The notes under the pieces were generated by a model. The model was not told the DNA's origin. It saw nothing but the letters and a program-made list of their open reading frames with translations, and made no database searches. Positions 36,101-49,314 of a stretch of DNA of 64,000 bases are shown here, piece after piece (within the stretch, counting starts at the first letter, position 1; each line of letters starts with the position of its first letter). The DNA lies in the NCBI GenBank assembly GCA_030141605.1, contig JAQGDQ010000254.1, positions 248,001 to 312,000 on the forward strand, in the 5' to 3' direction. The position numbers and the translations under genes were made by a program. This DNA comes from Tubiluchus corallicola. Taxonomy: Eukaryota > Animalia > Priapulida.

Positions 36101-39100
36101 ATGTTAACCATATTTTTACTTCTCTGTACTACTTTTAAATGTGTATATATAAAAAGGCATATTTTTGTGAGGAAAAACAAACTGGTGCCATTGTTTAATG
36201 AAATTACGAAACCAGGACTTAAAACAGAAAGCGATTGTGAAATTTTGTTAGTATTATAGATTTCAGGTCTTAGGAAACTTATTTAACTGCTCAGAAGTCA
36301 ACAACATTTAGCTGTACACACCCACACCCACCCGCACGCATGCACGCACGCGCACACACACACACACACACATATATACGTCTTTTCTTATTGAAATAAA
36401 CAGCCAGAATCACCACACCAGATTTTGACTTGCAGGCTCTTACTAAAAGCTGGATTCTGGCTTGCAGTGCACCATATAGTACTATTAAAAGCTGAATTCT
36501 TGCTTGCAGCACACCTCTTAAAAGCTGGATCCTAGCTTGCAGTGCACTACATAGTACCATTAAAAGCTGGATTCTGACTTGCAGTGTGCCTGTTATAAGC
36601 TAGATTTTGGTTAGCAGTGCACCTGTTAAAAGTTGGATTCAGGCTTGAAGTGCAAAGCACACTACCCTGTTAAAAGCTGGATTCTGCCTTGAAATGCGCC
36701 ATAGAATATTCTCGATTCTCCATAGTACAATACGGATTTAGTATCAGCAATAGAGCTGGGAAATCCGAGCTTTAGCAAGATTGTTGTGGGAATAGTGTTT
36801 TTTCAAAAGTCTACGTATGTTGGTATTGTGCTAGACCTTTATGCTATATCAAAAAATTATTATAATAAAATATCAAACCTTTTTCTTTTCCTTGTTAAAA
36901 TGTTTTACTTTTACTTTGCCAAAACAATAATTCTTAATGACAAGAACAGTAACAATAAATTTTAAAAATCACACAATTAAAAAACAAGGAAAAAGAAAGG
37001 AAAAATGACACAACTGAAGCTACATGTGTCTTTTCTCTCTTTTTTTATTGTTTTTAATTGTGGAATTGTTGTATTCACTTTTTTACCTTTCCATGAATCT
37101 CATCCATTTCTTCCAGCAGTGGTTGCTGAGGGAAAATTTTATCAAGGTACCAATGGAAGTATTGACAGCGCAGCTTCTGTTTCAGAGTTTTTCTAGTATA
37201 TATTTCACCTGATTTTATATCCTGAAAAAATATTATGCTGATAATGTATAGATGGATATATGTTCTTGCTTTCTCTGCTCTTAAGAGTGTTAAATAGTCC
37301 AAACTTAGTAAAAAGATTTATTCCTTTTTTCAAACTTCAGCGGACTAACAAATCCTTGAAAATGGACTATTAGATATGTGCAGAATAACCTTGTGTCACT
37401 ATATACTATTAATTTTTTGTTTTTCCTGTTCGATAATTTCAAGGACGAGAAAGCTATTAGGAAAAGGTGAAGGTAAAATTAGGTGACCTCAGTGTGCAGA
37501 TTAACCTATGAAGAAAAGGGTAAAGTGAAATTTAAAGCTTATTTAAACTTTTATGATACTTCAGAATAAAATAAGCATAGTGCTGCTTTAGAAACTGCTT
37601 TATAAAACAGTTATGCGGCGATATTACACCAGAATAAGCTTAAAATAGCCCACCCGACGGACAACCAGCAAGCCAAGTTACATAAGCAGGAGCCTTAAAC
37701 CATTTTCTTAAACTATTTTTGAAAAAGAAAGTTGTCGTGTCCAGTCGAAATTCATAGTGAAACGTTTCCACTGAACCCGCACTTATGACACTCCACAAAA
37801 AGGAATTTTCACTGACTGTTTACAAGAGCGAGACTCTTTACTAAGTTAGAAAGAGTGAAAAATTTGTTTAAACACTACAAGAAAGGATTTAGACCTGATA
37901 AGCTCTGTCAAATGTGGGATCTGTGGGATTTCATTGCACTATAAGTATTTTGTTGAAAAAGAAAAATTACTGGAACCAGATTTAAATTGGTGAAATACCT
38001 TTAAACTCTTCGAGTATTCATCATGCTTGTACATCAGATGTTTAAAATTTACAATCCACCTTTCAGCCAAACGTAGAGAATCGGTTTCCGTGGCCTTTTT
38101 GTCAAACACGTATAGTTGTGATTCGTGGGTGACATGGCCCACATGTGAGCATGGGATGAATTTAAAAGTACCACCACACATCCAAAGCTACAAAAAATCA
38201 ACTCCTAGTTTAAATGTGTATCCCTTTCAACAAATGTCTAACCGGCACTAAGGCAATGAAAAAGCAAGCAATCTAAAGGCAGCTGTTCGGAAATTTATTT
38301 ACAATGCATTCTATAATAAGAAATAGCTATCATCAAGGCATTGAATTATCATTAACCACAAGCACCAAGCTTGATAGTCCATAAACCCGGATTCAGGCAC
38401 TCACTGGGCAAACACAGACCTACTAACAGTAGTGTATCAGCAATACTAAAATTTAAAATTCCAAATTTTAAAAATTACATTGCGCTAATGGATTCTATTT
38501 GGATTGCTCTATTCACATCCCACCAAAGGGATGCACCACCACGAGAAAGATAACTCAGCCTCCAATTTAAAATAGCACAATGTCAAACTGCTATTGTGCA
38601 GGATTTTTAAATTTTAGCTGAATTTTAAATTGTGGTGCCATCTGCTGGTATGTACATCAACAATGAAAAATAGGTCACTGTAATAGGTGGGCGAGTCAGC
38701 ACCTGGCTTTTGTTCAAATAAAATCATAATAATTTTAAGACTTGAGGAATACTTTATTTTCAAAAATATGTAATAAACATATAATCAATACTATCCAATG
38801 GATCAGAATTCTACAAGGGGCACAATTATGAATGACCAACAGAGGCTCAGTTGAGTTTGCACCCAGCCACCACATCCATAACTTCACTCCATCATGCCCT
38901 TCAACACCCACCTAGGCAGAAACATGATCCATGCATGCTTAGCTGACGTACACTTATACGACAGCATGACAGTCACAAAAAATTGAGGCACCACGCTTCA
39001 ACATGTATCTGCTACGCGAATCAACATCATATGTATTGGTTTGAAATCAACTAAACAGTGCAAGTGATAATGCAAAAACGTAACCATACATTAAGGTTAA

Positions 39101-42100
39101 AAACGTGCAGTTAACTTGAGGATGCGGTCCTCCAACCTGATGATCAAAAAATGGAGGAAAGACAAACGAAGTCAATCACTCCTCAAAAAAGAGGGTGAGC
39201 ACCTCAGAGTCACTCAAGCCGATGTCACAGAATGCAGTTTGACGACTATGCGCGAATTTTTTTGCAGGGTTGTTTTTGTTGTTGTTGCTGCTGATGTTGT
39301 TTTTTCCGTTGTTACTGTTGCCATCACTGTCATCATTGGAAGCAGGGGTAGCAAAGGAGTGTGGGGTGAAATGTAGACAGTGTGGTGCCGCATTGTGGTG
39401 TGGTGTGACATCATGTAATGCAGTGTGATGTGTTGGGTGTAGTGTGGATGTGCAGGGATGAAAATGACAAATTGCAAAAAATCCTGAAACAGCCCGGGGG
39501 GTTTGGGGCCACCTAGGCCCCCAATGGGGTTGAAATGGCAATTTTGTGACCATAGAGAGTTTCTAAGTGGACTTAAAATATCAATTACCTTGTTTCATGC
39601 ATAATTTAAAATACCCAACTATCAAGGATATATGATAGCTAATTGTCTCAAAAAGTACTAGCTGCTCCTATGCAAAAGTATATAAAAACTGTCTGCAATT
39701 GACTCAAATAACTCCGCACAATTGATTCTATATTTTTATACACAGAGATATACACGTGGGTACACTGATAAACGTGTGTAAACAAAGTGACGGCCTGCCA
39801 ACTAGCGGTCAGCTTGTGAAATAATGTACTGGGTCCGTAAAAATTTTGTCAACGAATTTACGCGATTTACAAAAATCACACTACTGGTCTTCCAAAAACT
39901 CGGAATTCCGCGTATCCGCGGAAAATTCTCATCCCAATTCCCATCAAATGGATGTGATGTGGATGTAATGCGATGGTATGGTATGGTGTGGGTTGCTTGG
40001 TGTCACTTGCTTGTGGTTGCAGTTATGGTTTTATGCACAGTTTTTTACAGCGTTTGTCTTGTTATATTAGTATTTTTACATTTGTAAGAACTATACTGTA
40101 AAATATAACTTTGAAATTTAATTCAACGGTTTGTGTGATATCAGCAGAATTTCAACTTGTACACTTGCAGACAAATGAGCCCAAAGTACTCCAACTACTC
40201 TGATAGCAAAAGCTAATTACTGATCAAATAATGTAGGAACAATAACAAAATTTGAAGAACATCTTGACGTTTTGGTTTTATGTAATAATCAGATGGTGCT
40301 TTAACAATTGTTCCTGCATGAGACTGTAGTGCAGTATGACAAAGTACAAATTAAATGATGCCATTCATATCATCCAGTGGTAAAAATGCAAAGCACTGTT
40401 CATAAGCACTGATAAACAATTTGATAATGGATCATGAGAATGTTTGCATCATGTGGTGCCACAAAGCTATTAAAGGCACAGTACCTTGATTTTGTTTTGT
40501 ACCTGTGAGCACATTTGCATAAAAATGTATTGGTAATTTGCAGAACAAATTCTAAACTTTTCCAGAATGTTTCACTTTAGCCACATCATTTTGATTTGGA
40601 AATACAATTTTTTTTGTTTAAATGTTAACGGAAAAATCAATTTCATATTGTTGATTTCGATTCACTAAGGAAACAAGCCAGTTTTAACTTAGAAAATACT
40701 CATACAGTACTAACCCTAAATGATAGCTCAAGGTCGTCATTAGTGTGGTCTTCTATATGAGAAAGAGTAATTTCCCAGAAGCGTCTCCGACTGATTGCAA
40801 AAACACCTTCTGAATCTGAAGGTGACCTAGTAATAATTAACACACATACTTCATCAACGAAGAAACGACGACTTACAAAGTTACACAACACTGCAATAAA
40901 ATAGCTGCACAACAATTAAAAACAGTTAGCAATCCGACTGGGCATTAGTACAGAAATTATAAGAACAGAAAATTTTGAAATAATCCACATAGTCGATTGT
41001 CACAAATTGTCACAAAGATAAACATATGATGAAGACAATGTTATTAATTGAGCAATTTGAAACTATAACTTTACCTAGCATGCTAAAATCAAAATAAAAT
41101 ATATGCAGCATTAATTGGATCATTTGTGAAGAAACAACATTTGAAAATTAGGAAAACTTAAAAATTGGGAAAACCAGAAAGTAAAAAGTGCCAGCTGGAG
41201 TGCACCTACTGTGCAAAATTACAAAAAAATGTATCCTGCTTAACCACTTTCTATGCAAATCAAATTTCAACTAATGACAATTCATTAATTACCAATATAG
41301 ATGTTACCAGTAACTACTTACAACTTGTCAAAATTCTGTTTTTGGACTAAATGAGGCCTCCAAGATACATGTTCACGCCACGTAAATTTGCCAAAAGGCT
41401 CCGGACCACGCTGATGATATCCCAATGTGAAATAATCAATTCCATCAATCCATGGCACAGCAATATTATTTGGTTCATACTTTACTCTCTGAAGTAAGGG
41501 TTTCAACCTAAAAACAATTCGGAAAATCGGGAGTCATAATGAAATTAATGGCAATTCAGAAAATTTGATACATTTGCTCATTGTGATCAACTGAAAATCA
41601 AACTTGCTGACTTTCTAGCAGAGAAAGAACTTGAAGTCATTCCAATAATATTAACGCAACTCTCCCCAGTCAGCTGGGCTGGCTACTAAAATGAATGAAA
41701 GAATAAAGTTATTTCATCAACATAAGCAGCAGTGGTACAGCTACTAGGGGAGCAATATCTCCTCCGAGCACATTTTTAAAACTGGCTCCTTTTCAACAAT
41801 AGAGACATTACATTATTTGACCAAACTGCCTCCTGTATTTTTGAAATGAGCGTGCATTTAAGCACTCATTTGTCAAAATTGACTGATTGAACCAAGGATC
41901 AAATTTACCCAAACCTTATTATTATAATATATTCTAGTCACACAAATGTACCAATGATGGTGCAGCACCTGAAAAAGCTGATCGCGGGTAAAAACAGGAA
42001 TTTTTGAATATAAAATTTGTATTTAGGCAATCATGAAGCATATTGCTTCAAAATTCTTGATGAAATTAATTTAACAAGTCACAGCAAATGTTCTGAACAT

Positions 42101-44035
42101 GTTGTTTTACAGTTTTGTGTCCCTTTAAATTTTTTCGGCCCAAACAATAAAACTTGAGAAGTCTATTTGATCATGTTCATTTTGATAATCAGTACAATTT
42201 GCTTGAATAAATAAATTTGTCACCACTGATGTCCAGCTTCACAGTGTGATTCTAGAAAAACAAGAACATCTCCAGTCGCAGCTTCTGCGCCCGCACTACG
42301 TGCTCCCGCAATCCCTCGACGCCATTTTAAGTGAATTACACGAACATTGCGAAAATGGCTCGTCACATAGCGGTCTAGTTTTTCACCCATTTCCTCTGAA
42401 ATCAACTGCAGTGCATATTTTCTACGACTCTTCTTTTAGGAGTAATTCACAGTAGTTTTCATATCAAATTAGGCATAAAACCCTGGTACCAAATACACTG
42501 TTTCATATTGAGAACATTCTCTTCCTTTAGGGGTAATTCACAGTAATTTTTATATCAAATTAGCCAGGAAACCCTGGTACCAAATACACTGTTTCACAGT
42601 GAGAAGGTAATATTCTAACGTGATGTTGCCAAAGAATGGTCATACACTTGGTAATGATAATTATATGTACATATACACTATCAATGAAGAAGCCACAGAC
42701 CCGCACATTATAAATTTAAAATCTTTGATATAAACTATGTATTACAACCAAGTATTTTATGCCATTTGAAATGTGCTTTGTGTTAAAAGAAAAATGAAAA
42801 GCAGTTTAATTAAACCTAATTCCAATTACTCTAATTTCAGAAAACAAGCCTACTAAATATGTTCTACTAGAATTACTATCTTTCCAGAAGTTTCAGTGCT
42901 TCTCTTTACAACATCTTTTATTGATTAAGTAAAAATTTGAATTAGTCGCTGTAATTATAGTAATTATATAAAGTTTAAAAAATTGAGGTTTTTACCTTTA
43001 TCACTTAAATCATCTACTAACAATATCTCTCTCAGCAAAAGAGCAGGTGAACGTTTAACAACAGTCCATAGTGTTCTCATTAATGTGGACCATTCTTCAT
43101 TATGGAACGGAATTATAACACTAGCCGTCGGTAGATCAGTGTCATACTCTATTTGTGCACATCTAAGGTAAAAATAAACAATGTGATGAACTTAGACAAC
43201 CTGGAATTACTAACTTAATAGAATTTGCCAATTAAGTTTTAATAATTATAATTATAAAGAAAATCTTAGCCTCCAAAACTAGGCATGAATTTAAGTATAA
43301 AAAGAAATGAGAAAACCAAACGAAGCAATAAGTATAGCTGTGAAATGCCTGCCTCAGCAAATTACAACAGAAATAAAAACAAAACAGACCTATTATAGAT
43401 ATTAAAGCTGCAAGCTAAAAATAATCACAGAAAAGTGATATAATAAGTTGCAAACTGACAAAAAGTAAGAATAGACTGATACATTGTTGGTGTTCTCTCA
43501 GACTTTGGTAAAAAAAATTAATATAACTGTCTACTGCACAATAAGTTTCTTCTAAAATTAAGAGAATGAAGTTATGTTTTTTTAGGAACTATACTGTCAG
43601 CTAATCAAAATATGTTTGATCATTGATTTTAGAAGACACTGTGGATTTATATCATCACAGAACAAAGTTTAATATCAATATTAATAATCGTTACCTTGGA
43701 TCACGATTATCCGGGATAGATCGAACGTAGGAAATATTGTTGCTGACATAAACATTTAACATCTGTCTCCTGATTAACTTTAACTTGGACAATTCATCGT
43801 CCCTATGCAAATACACTGGTTCACCATTTTCACCAACACGGTGTGGTGGTCCATCCACTGATTTCAAAACCTCGACATGATTGCCTGCACTTTTGGGGTT
43901 AACCATGGAAACATCAACATATGGCCAGTATCTGATTGCAAAACTGAACAGCACAGCATACATGCAGGCTAGAAGAATACAGGCTCTTCCAACAAGCACC
44001 CAATCCTTACTAAACTGCAGACTTTTTGCAGACAT
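33145..44035 (-). CDS. GALNT-like protein copy B, intact ORF (about 557 aa) with degenerate catalytic motifs (putative pseudo-enzyme)
   Basis: Ten GT-AG exons with the same phases as copy A: 44035-43695, 43162-42996, 42395-42224, 41507-41322, 40826-40715, 38187-37999, 37221-37087, 34564-34460, 33568-33431, 33273-33145 (sum 1674 nt, ending in TGA). TM anchor, FHNEEWS and LVDDLSD are retained. DxH reads ESH, WGGEN is replaced by HTNDD, and GHIFR reads GHVTH. Confidence 0.9.
33706..34392. mobile_element. Tc1/pogo-type MITE, same family as 19188-20012
   Basis: TA-ctgtcaaacctc ... aaggtttgactg-TA, with the shared internal motif acgtcacgtgtc. Absent from the homologous intron of copy C. Confidence 0.8.
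36420..36700. repeat. Minisatellite of about 7 units (core taaaagctggattctggcttgcagtgcac), preceded by a (CA)n tract at 36330-36372
   Basis: Units read directly; lengths are about 33 or about 42 bp depending on an atagtac-type insert. Confidence 0.85.
39453..39948. mobile_element. Probable hAT-type MITE inside a GT-rich low-complexity tract
   Basis: Left end cagggatgaaaat; right end attctcatccc plus a degenerate repeat of it. tggatgtg flanks both sides (39445-39452 and 39949-39956). Confidence 0.55.
42437..42606. repeat. Tandem duplication of an approximately 90-bp intronic unit
   Basis: gtaattcacagta...tatcaaattag...aaaccctggtaccaaatacactgtttca occurs twice in tandem. Confidence 0.85.
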
Positions 44036-45559
44036 AATCTGCTCTTCCCTCAACAGGTATGGCAGTAGGTTAATGTACAACTTGTATCAGCTAAAGCAAA
44101 TATAAGAACTGCCTCAAATAAAAGTACTTAAGATCAAAATTCTGCTTTTCGTAATACACTGTATTTAAAAAATAATATGTTACATAATGGAGAAGCAAAT
44201 ACATTGTAATTCGATAAGAAATAAAAAAATTATAATCTACTCCTCAAAGGAGAAAACACTTTCTTACCTTGCATTTCAAATGATCTTATAATCAGATGGA
44301 TACACCAGGTCTACCCCGATAATAATCCATCTTTTTCTGATGTTATCTTTTTTCAACTTCCCATTCCATCGTAATAACTTTCTGAAAATCAAGCCTAACA
44401 AATTTACAACCAATATGCTTTACTTCTTTCCAACTGTATTTACTAATTATAGTAATAATTATTGCTATGCTATGCAGGCAAACATTGAATTTTAGAAGTT
44501 GGTTCATGATAAAAACAGCAACTGCTTGTTTTATTTAGATAAAAATAAAAAAAATTAGCAGTAAATTCTGGCTTATACATTGAAACCCTGGTGTAAAAGC
44601 CCCACTGTTTTGATTCTAAGGCACAGCTGACAGTAACAACTCATGTGGCAGGTGACAGTAGGTGTCACAGGAGTGTGTTTTGAAGGCTACGATATACATC
44701 TTCGAGTGTCAGATGACGCTTGTAGCTGAAGCTGGCAATTTTGTAAAGAAAGGCATGAGTTAAATGTACGTTTAAGTAAACACCAATGATTGTCATTTAT
44801 AATAAAAAAGAAAAACAACTGGGAAACAGAATATTTTGGAAAAGTGAGGTCTATAAAATAGGGTCGTAATGTAAATTCAATAAGAACAAAAGATAAACAA
44901 AAGTGAGCAATTGGTTACAATTAGATTATATTAGACTATCAAGCTTATCAATCTTGTATGTTCATGCTTTTGTAGTTTATCGACCGTTGCTTTAAGAGAA
45001 TTGTTTTTAATTTTACGTCTAACAATAATCATGTTTTGCCGTATGCAGGTCGCTTTTAAAACCATCAAACATAGCTGAAATAAGTTTTCTGAGGTTGGGT
45101 GATGGCATCCATTCCATGGTCAATTTTTGAAACTTTTGCACTTAACATAGATTGAGTCTGTTTGATTGACCCCAACTCCCTCTTAATCTTCGTCACTTTG
45201 GTATCTGAAACTGTCATTTTTTTATTTTTGTGCAATAACCTCACAATCTCACTGTCGTTGTCACCATCAGTTTTACTCATACTCGTACTATCTAAACTCT
45301 TATCATCATTACCTTTAAGGGTAGCTGTAGCTAAGCTGACGGGAGCCGTCATGAAGTCTGGAAGAATGCCTTGTAGAAACACGCACTTCAGAGCTGCATT
45401 CGTTAGAAAAAATTGACTTTTTTACTTAAATTTGTCACCAATTGGAGACATAATACTTTAAAATAAAATTTAGATCAAGATGGTTGCTTAGAATATCAAA
45501 CTTCATCGAATTTTTTATAGGTATGATTATAACTGACCTACAATGCATGCATATGCAAA

Positions 45560-46900
45560 AAACCTAATACCATATCCAAAGAAATAAGGACCTAGATGGT
45601 AACTATCTGTAAACGGTCTTCTCTCAAATACATTTTGAAACTATTGAATTATGAAGCACTGATGATTTATGATAAAAGATGACTTCACGGCTGAAATACG
45701 CGATGCCCAAAGGTGTGTGATCTGATGTTACCGTGGATACACACAATCCTCTTCACCAAAACGGCAAGCAAACTGACATCAATAAAAAGTGCCAGTTTGC
45801 AAGATCAAAAAACACATATTTTGTTCACTTTGTACTTGCATAAATTTCTCCTTTTCCACCAATCAACAATAATTACTGTTACTGTTTTTCGTCTTTCATT
45901 ACAGTTTTAGCTGCGAGAGCTCTGTGACATACAATGAAACTTTTCTTAATTTATCTACATGGTATCACTAATATCTTGCACAGATATTCTCCATTTATTA
46001 ATATATATTGACCTACATTCAAACATATGTTCTGTAATATCATCTGGAAAATGACAATGAACATTTCAAATCTTCTTTAAACGAGTTTTTAAAATTTGCT
46101 TTTACCTTATAGTCATAATTTCTTTCATCTCCCCTAAACAGCATTTTAACACATAGCCTTGCTTTTGAAAACTGTTGTTTTTTAGAGATCTTAATTTTTT
46201 TATGTTCTCTGCTTTAATTTTAATTTCATTTTTGATAAACAAATTAATTCATTTTTTACGTACTTCTTCCATTTAGACTTTTTGACTTAATTTATATTAA
46301 CTACATTTAGGTCAATTTTGTATTTCAGAATATCAATTTTATAATATCATTTTTTTATATTCAATTCTACATAACAGAAGCCCTGTCTGCGTTTCAGCTA
46401 GCATGCCCCAATATGGCGTACTGTTTTTTCAGCACAAAATTTTTGCTAACATCTCTCTGAATATTCTCAAACATACCTACTTTTCTTTGAGTGAGGTTAG
46501 TCCAAGTCTCACTATTATTTGTTAAAAATGGAACAACCATATTTTCGCATAACATTAAATGTGCTTCTGTTACAGAAGAACCTACTTTTGTTTTACTACC
46601 AATAGCCAACACCTCAGATATTACAAATTTCATTTTCTCTCTCCTTTTTTCAAACATCAGATGATATTTATTTTTAGTGTTAAGCCAGTCTCCCCGATAT
46701 TTATATTCGTTTGTTTTTTTATTTGTCCATTTTTTACATTCAGTACTAACTGTTTTGTATTTTTTATCATATTACTAGTATTAGTCACCATATACTGTCT
46801 TTTTAAATTAAATGACAGCATTTTTTAGTTTCTATTTCTATAAAATTCTCGACAGCTTTGCTTAACGTTTTCGGGCTGCCAGCAGAAAAAAACGTCGTCT
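45560..46900 (-). mobile_element. Decayed LINE, region C-terminal to the RT domain
   Basis: ORF 46394-46657 (VVPFLTNNSETWTNLT...ENIQ), with an upstream YKYIG motif, resembles the YKYLG...LLYxSETW region of non-LTR retrotransposons. Boundaries are approximate. Confidence 0.6.
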
Positions 46901-48038
46901 ACATATAACAGTGTACCTACATATTGCTGTTGATGTTCCTTCTAGCTGGTTGCACAAATAACTTAGACTCATGACCACGAAGAACTCTATGAGGCCCGGA
47001 AAAGTCTGTCTCTGTCAGAACAGTATTTCTACTAATTATTCTGGAGCAGTTCACATTCTGGTCTACAGTTTCACGCCTTTGCTCCAGAATAAAATTCGAA
47101 GTGGGATCCAAATCAATAGCAAGAAGATTATATCTATCCTGGGTCCTTTGAGAGCATTCTTGAAAGTAGCACTAATTAGTTCAGTAGTATTAATAAATTT
47201 ACAAAAAAGTAAGAACATAATACTTACACGACAAGGAATTTTCTAATTTAATGCAGCTTCTTCGTCACACATGACACGTGCAATTCTAAGTTTGAAAATC
47301 GAAAAATTTATTAATAGGTAAGAGGATAGAACTTCGTTGGCATGTAAGCGCTTCCCAGCGACCAACTCGCCGAACTAAACGTAACAGCTAACATGAGCCA
47401 GACAATCAGCATTCAGCAGATATACGACACAATCGAGTTCTCTACAAAACTCGACACAGCACTTTTGAACTCGTGTGTTAATTCACAGTAGGTAGAGTGT
47501 GCTTTGACCAATGAGAACAGTTTCCTATCACTTCGTTTGTTTATTGTTGACGACTTGGCTAGATAATTGTTTTCACACCACTGAATATCGGAAAAGATAC
47601 AAAAATAACACGATAGACTGACAAATTATCACAACTAACTAGTTCGTCAAAATGGCAAAATACATTTAAGCCTAACTTGTCAAAAACAATAGTTGAATTT
47701 AGAGAACATTATGTGTGGTTCTTTACGACGGCCCAGGTGTCTTGCTTTGTTTAATAAAGATTTCGTCTAATCATAGACGATTCTCTGCAATTTAAAGCAC
47801 ACGTAAATAACAAGTAATATTACTACGATGTGGTAATCAGTTGTTTAAACTCATCTGCAATAGCATTTAATTTCGATATGTACCTATAGCACAGGTATTA
47901 AATCTTATTTAGAGAAATACACATTCAAGTGTTGAAATCTTTGCTTTCTAAAAGACAAAAGCATTATATAGCATATTTAAGAGAGGGGTATTAAAAAGAC
48001 CTCAGACCTACGCAAATGGCAGCGAGCCCTTATATTGC

Positions 48039-48146
48039 TCCTGCTATGTGTGTATTTTTCCTGCTGTTGTGAATACGAAGGGTTGTTACCAATCCTGCTA
48101 TGTGTATATTGTTCCTACTGTTTTGAATACGAAGGATTGTTACCAA
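48039..48146. repeat. Tandem duplication of an approximately 54-bp unit
   Basis: tcctgctatgtgt.tat...cct.ctgtt.tgaatacgaagg.ttgttaccaat occurs twice. Confidence 0.85.
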
Positions 48147-49314
48147 TGTTATGTAGCAAAAGCAAAAGCTTCTAGCAAGCTATAGTGATCAAATGAATAA
48201 AAAATGATCTGGATCTTGCAAATGCTCATCAGTAATGATGAATGCTACATGTGAAGTGCCTCTTTGTTATAAAATTTAAAACTCATTCAGTGGTATTTAA
48301 CAGTGACAGCATCTGTAGGCAGATGTAAGTCCTAAATTTATGAGTTTACTGTTGAATCATGAAGATAAATCATAAGTTCCATCACTAATGATTAGTAGTA
48401 CAGTACAGTATTATTGCGGTACAAATATAAAAAAATACGTACATATTCAGTAATAAAATAATTATTATTAGCTTCATAAAGTTTAACAATAGCGATATAT
48501 ACATACTATAGACAGTACCGGTCCTTTTCAGACTAGTTTGCGCACTAATTCCTTTACGTACTTTACCAAGCCAGTGGTTATTGCTTACCTCTAGCAAAAT
48601 CTGTATATTTTGATATTTTAATCACAGCGTGCAAAGGGTACTGTATACAGAGTACTGTAATAACAGTCTGACAGATTCAATAACAGTTTGAAATTTATCA
48701 TACCAATGCAGTGTATAGATTTAGTGAATTAATGTAAAGTATAGAAATTTCAATTTTAGAAAAAACACTTACTAAAATTCCTGTATTAAAAACAAGTATT
48801 ACTAAACCTGTGGGTTGTGAAGACATAAAAAGAAAGATAAAAGAGAACAAGGTAGGGGTGGAGAGGGAGAGAGAGATAAGGGAATGCAGGAGAGAGGGGG
48901 AGGAGGAGAGGGAGAGGGAGAAAGAATCATGCAGATAAATCATAAATTCCATCACTAAAGTTTAATAATACTGTACAATATTATTACACACAATTATAAA
49001 AAACATATGTACATATTCAATAATAAAGTAATTATATTAATTTTATAAAGTCTAACATAGCCAATAATAATTATTACAACAAAACTGAGTAAAATTGGTC
49101 GCAATACGTATGCACTATACACAGTAACATCCTTTTCAGACTAGTTTGCACGCTAATAATTCCTACATATACATTTCAACAAGCCAGTTGTTATTACTTA
49201 TACATATCCTCTTAATCAGAAAGTACAAAATGCCAATAGAACACAGTAACTACAATAACAGTCTGAAATTTAATTATGCCAATAAAATTTATCGATTTAG
49301 TGAAGCACGGGAAT

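Noticed and set aside
36420-36700. Repeat array with short variable inserts, superficially CRISPR-like
   Set aside because: Eukaryotic intron, degenerate units, inserts of only about 4-13 bp that are related to each other, and no cas genes. It is a minisatellite, and ORF 36291-36560 is its by-product.
39116-39553. Overlapping ORFs rich in His/Thr/Val
   Set aside because: They arise from low-complexity GT-rich repeats and a MITE.
45065-45382. 105-aa minus-strand ORF with coiled-coil character upstream of B
   Set aside because: No recognisable domain or clear exon structure. It may be a retroelement ORF1 fragment, but this cannot be supported without a search.
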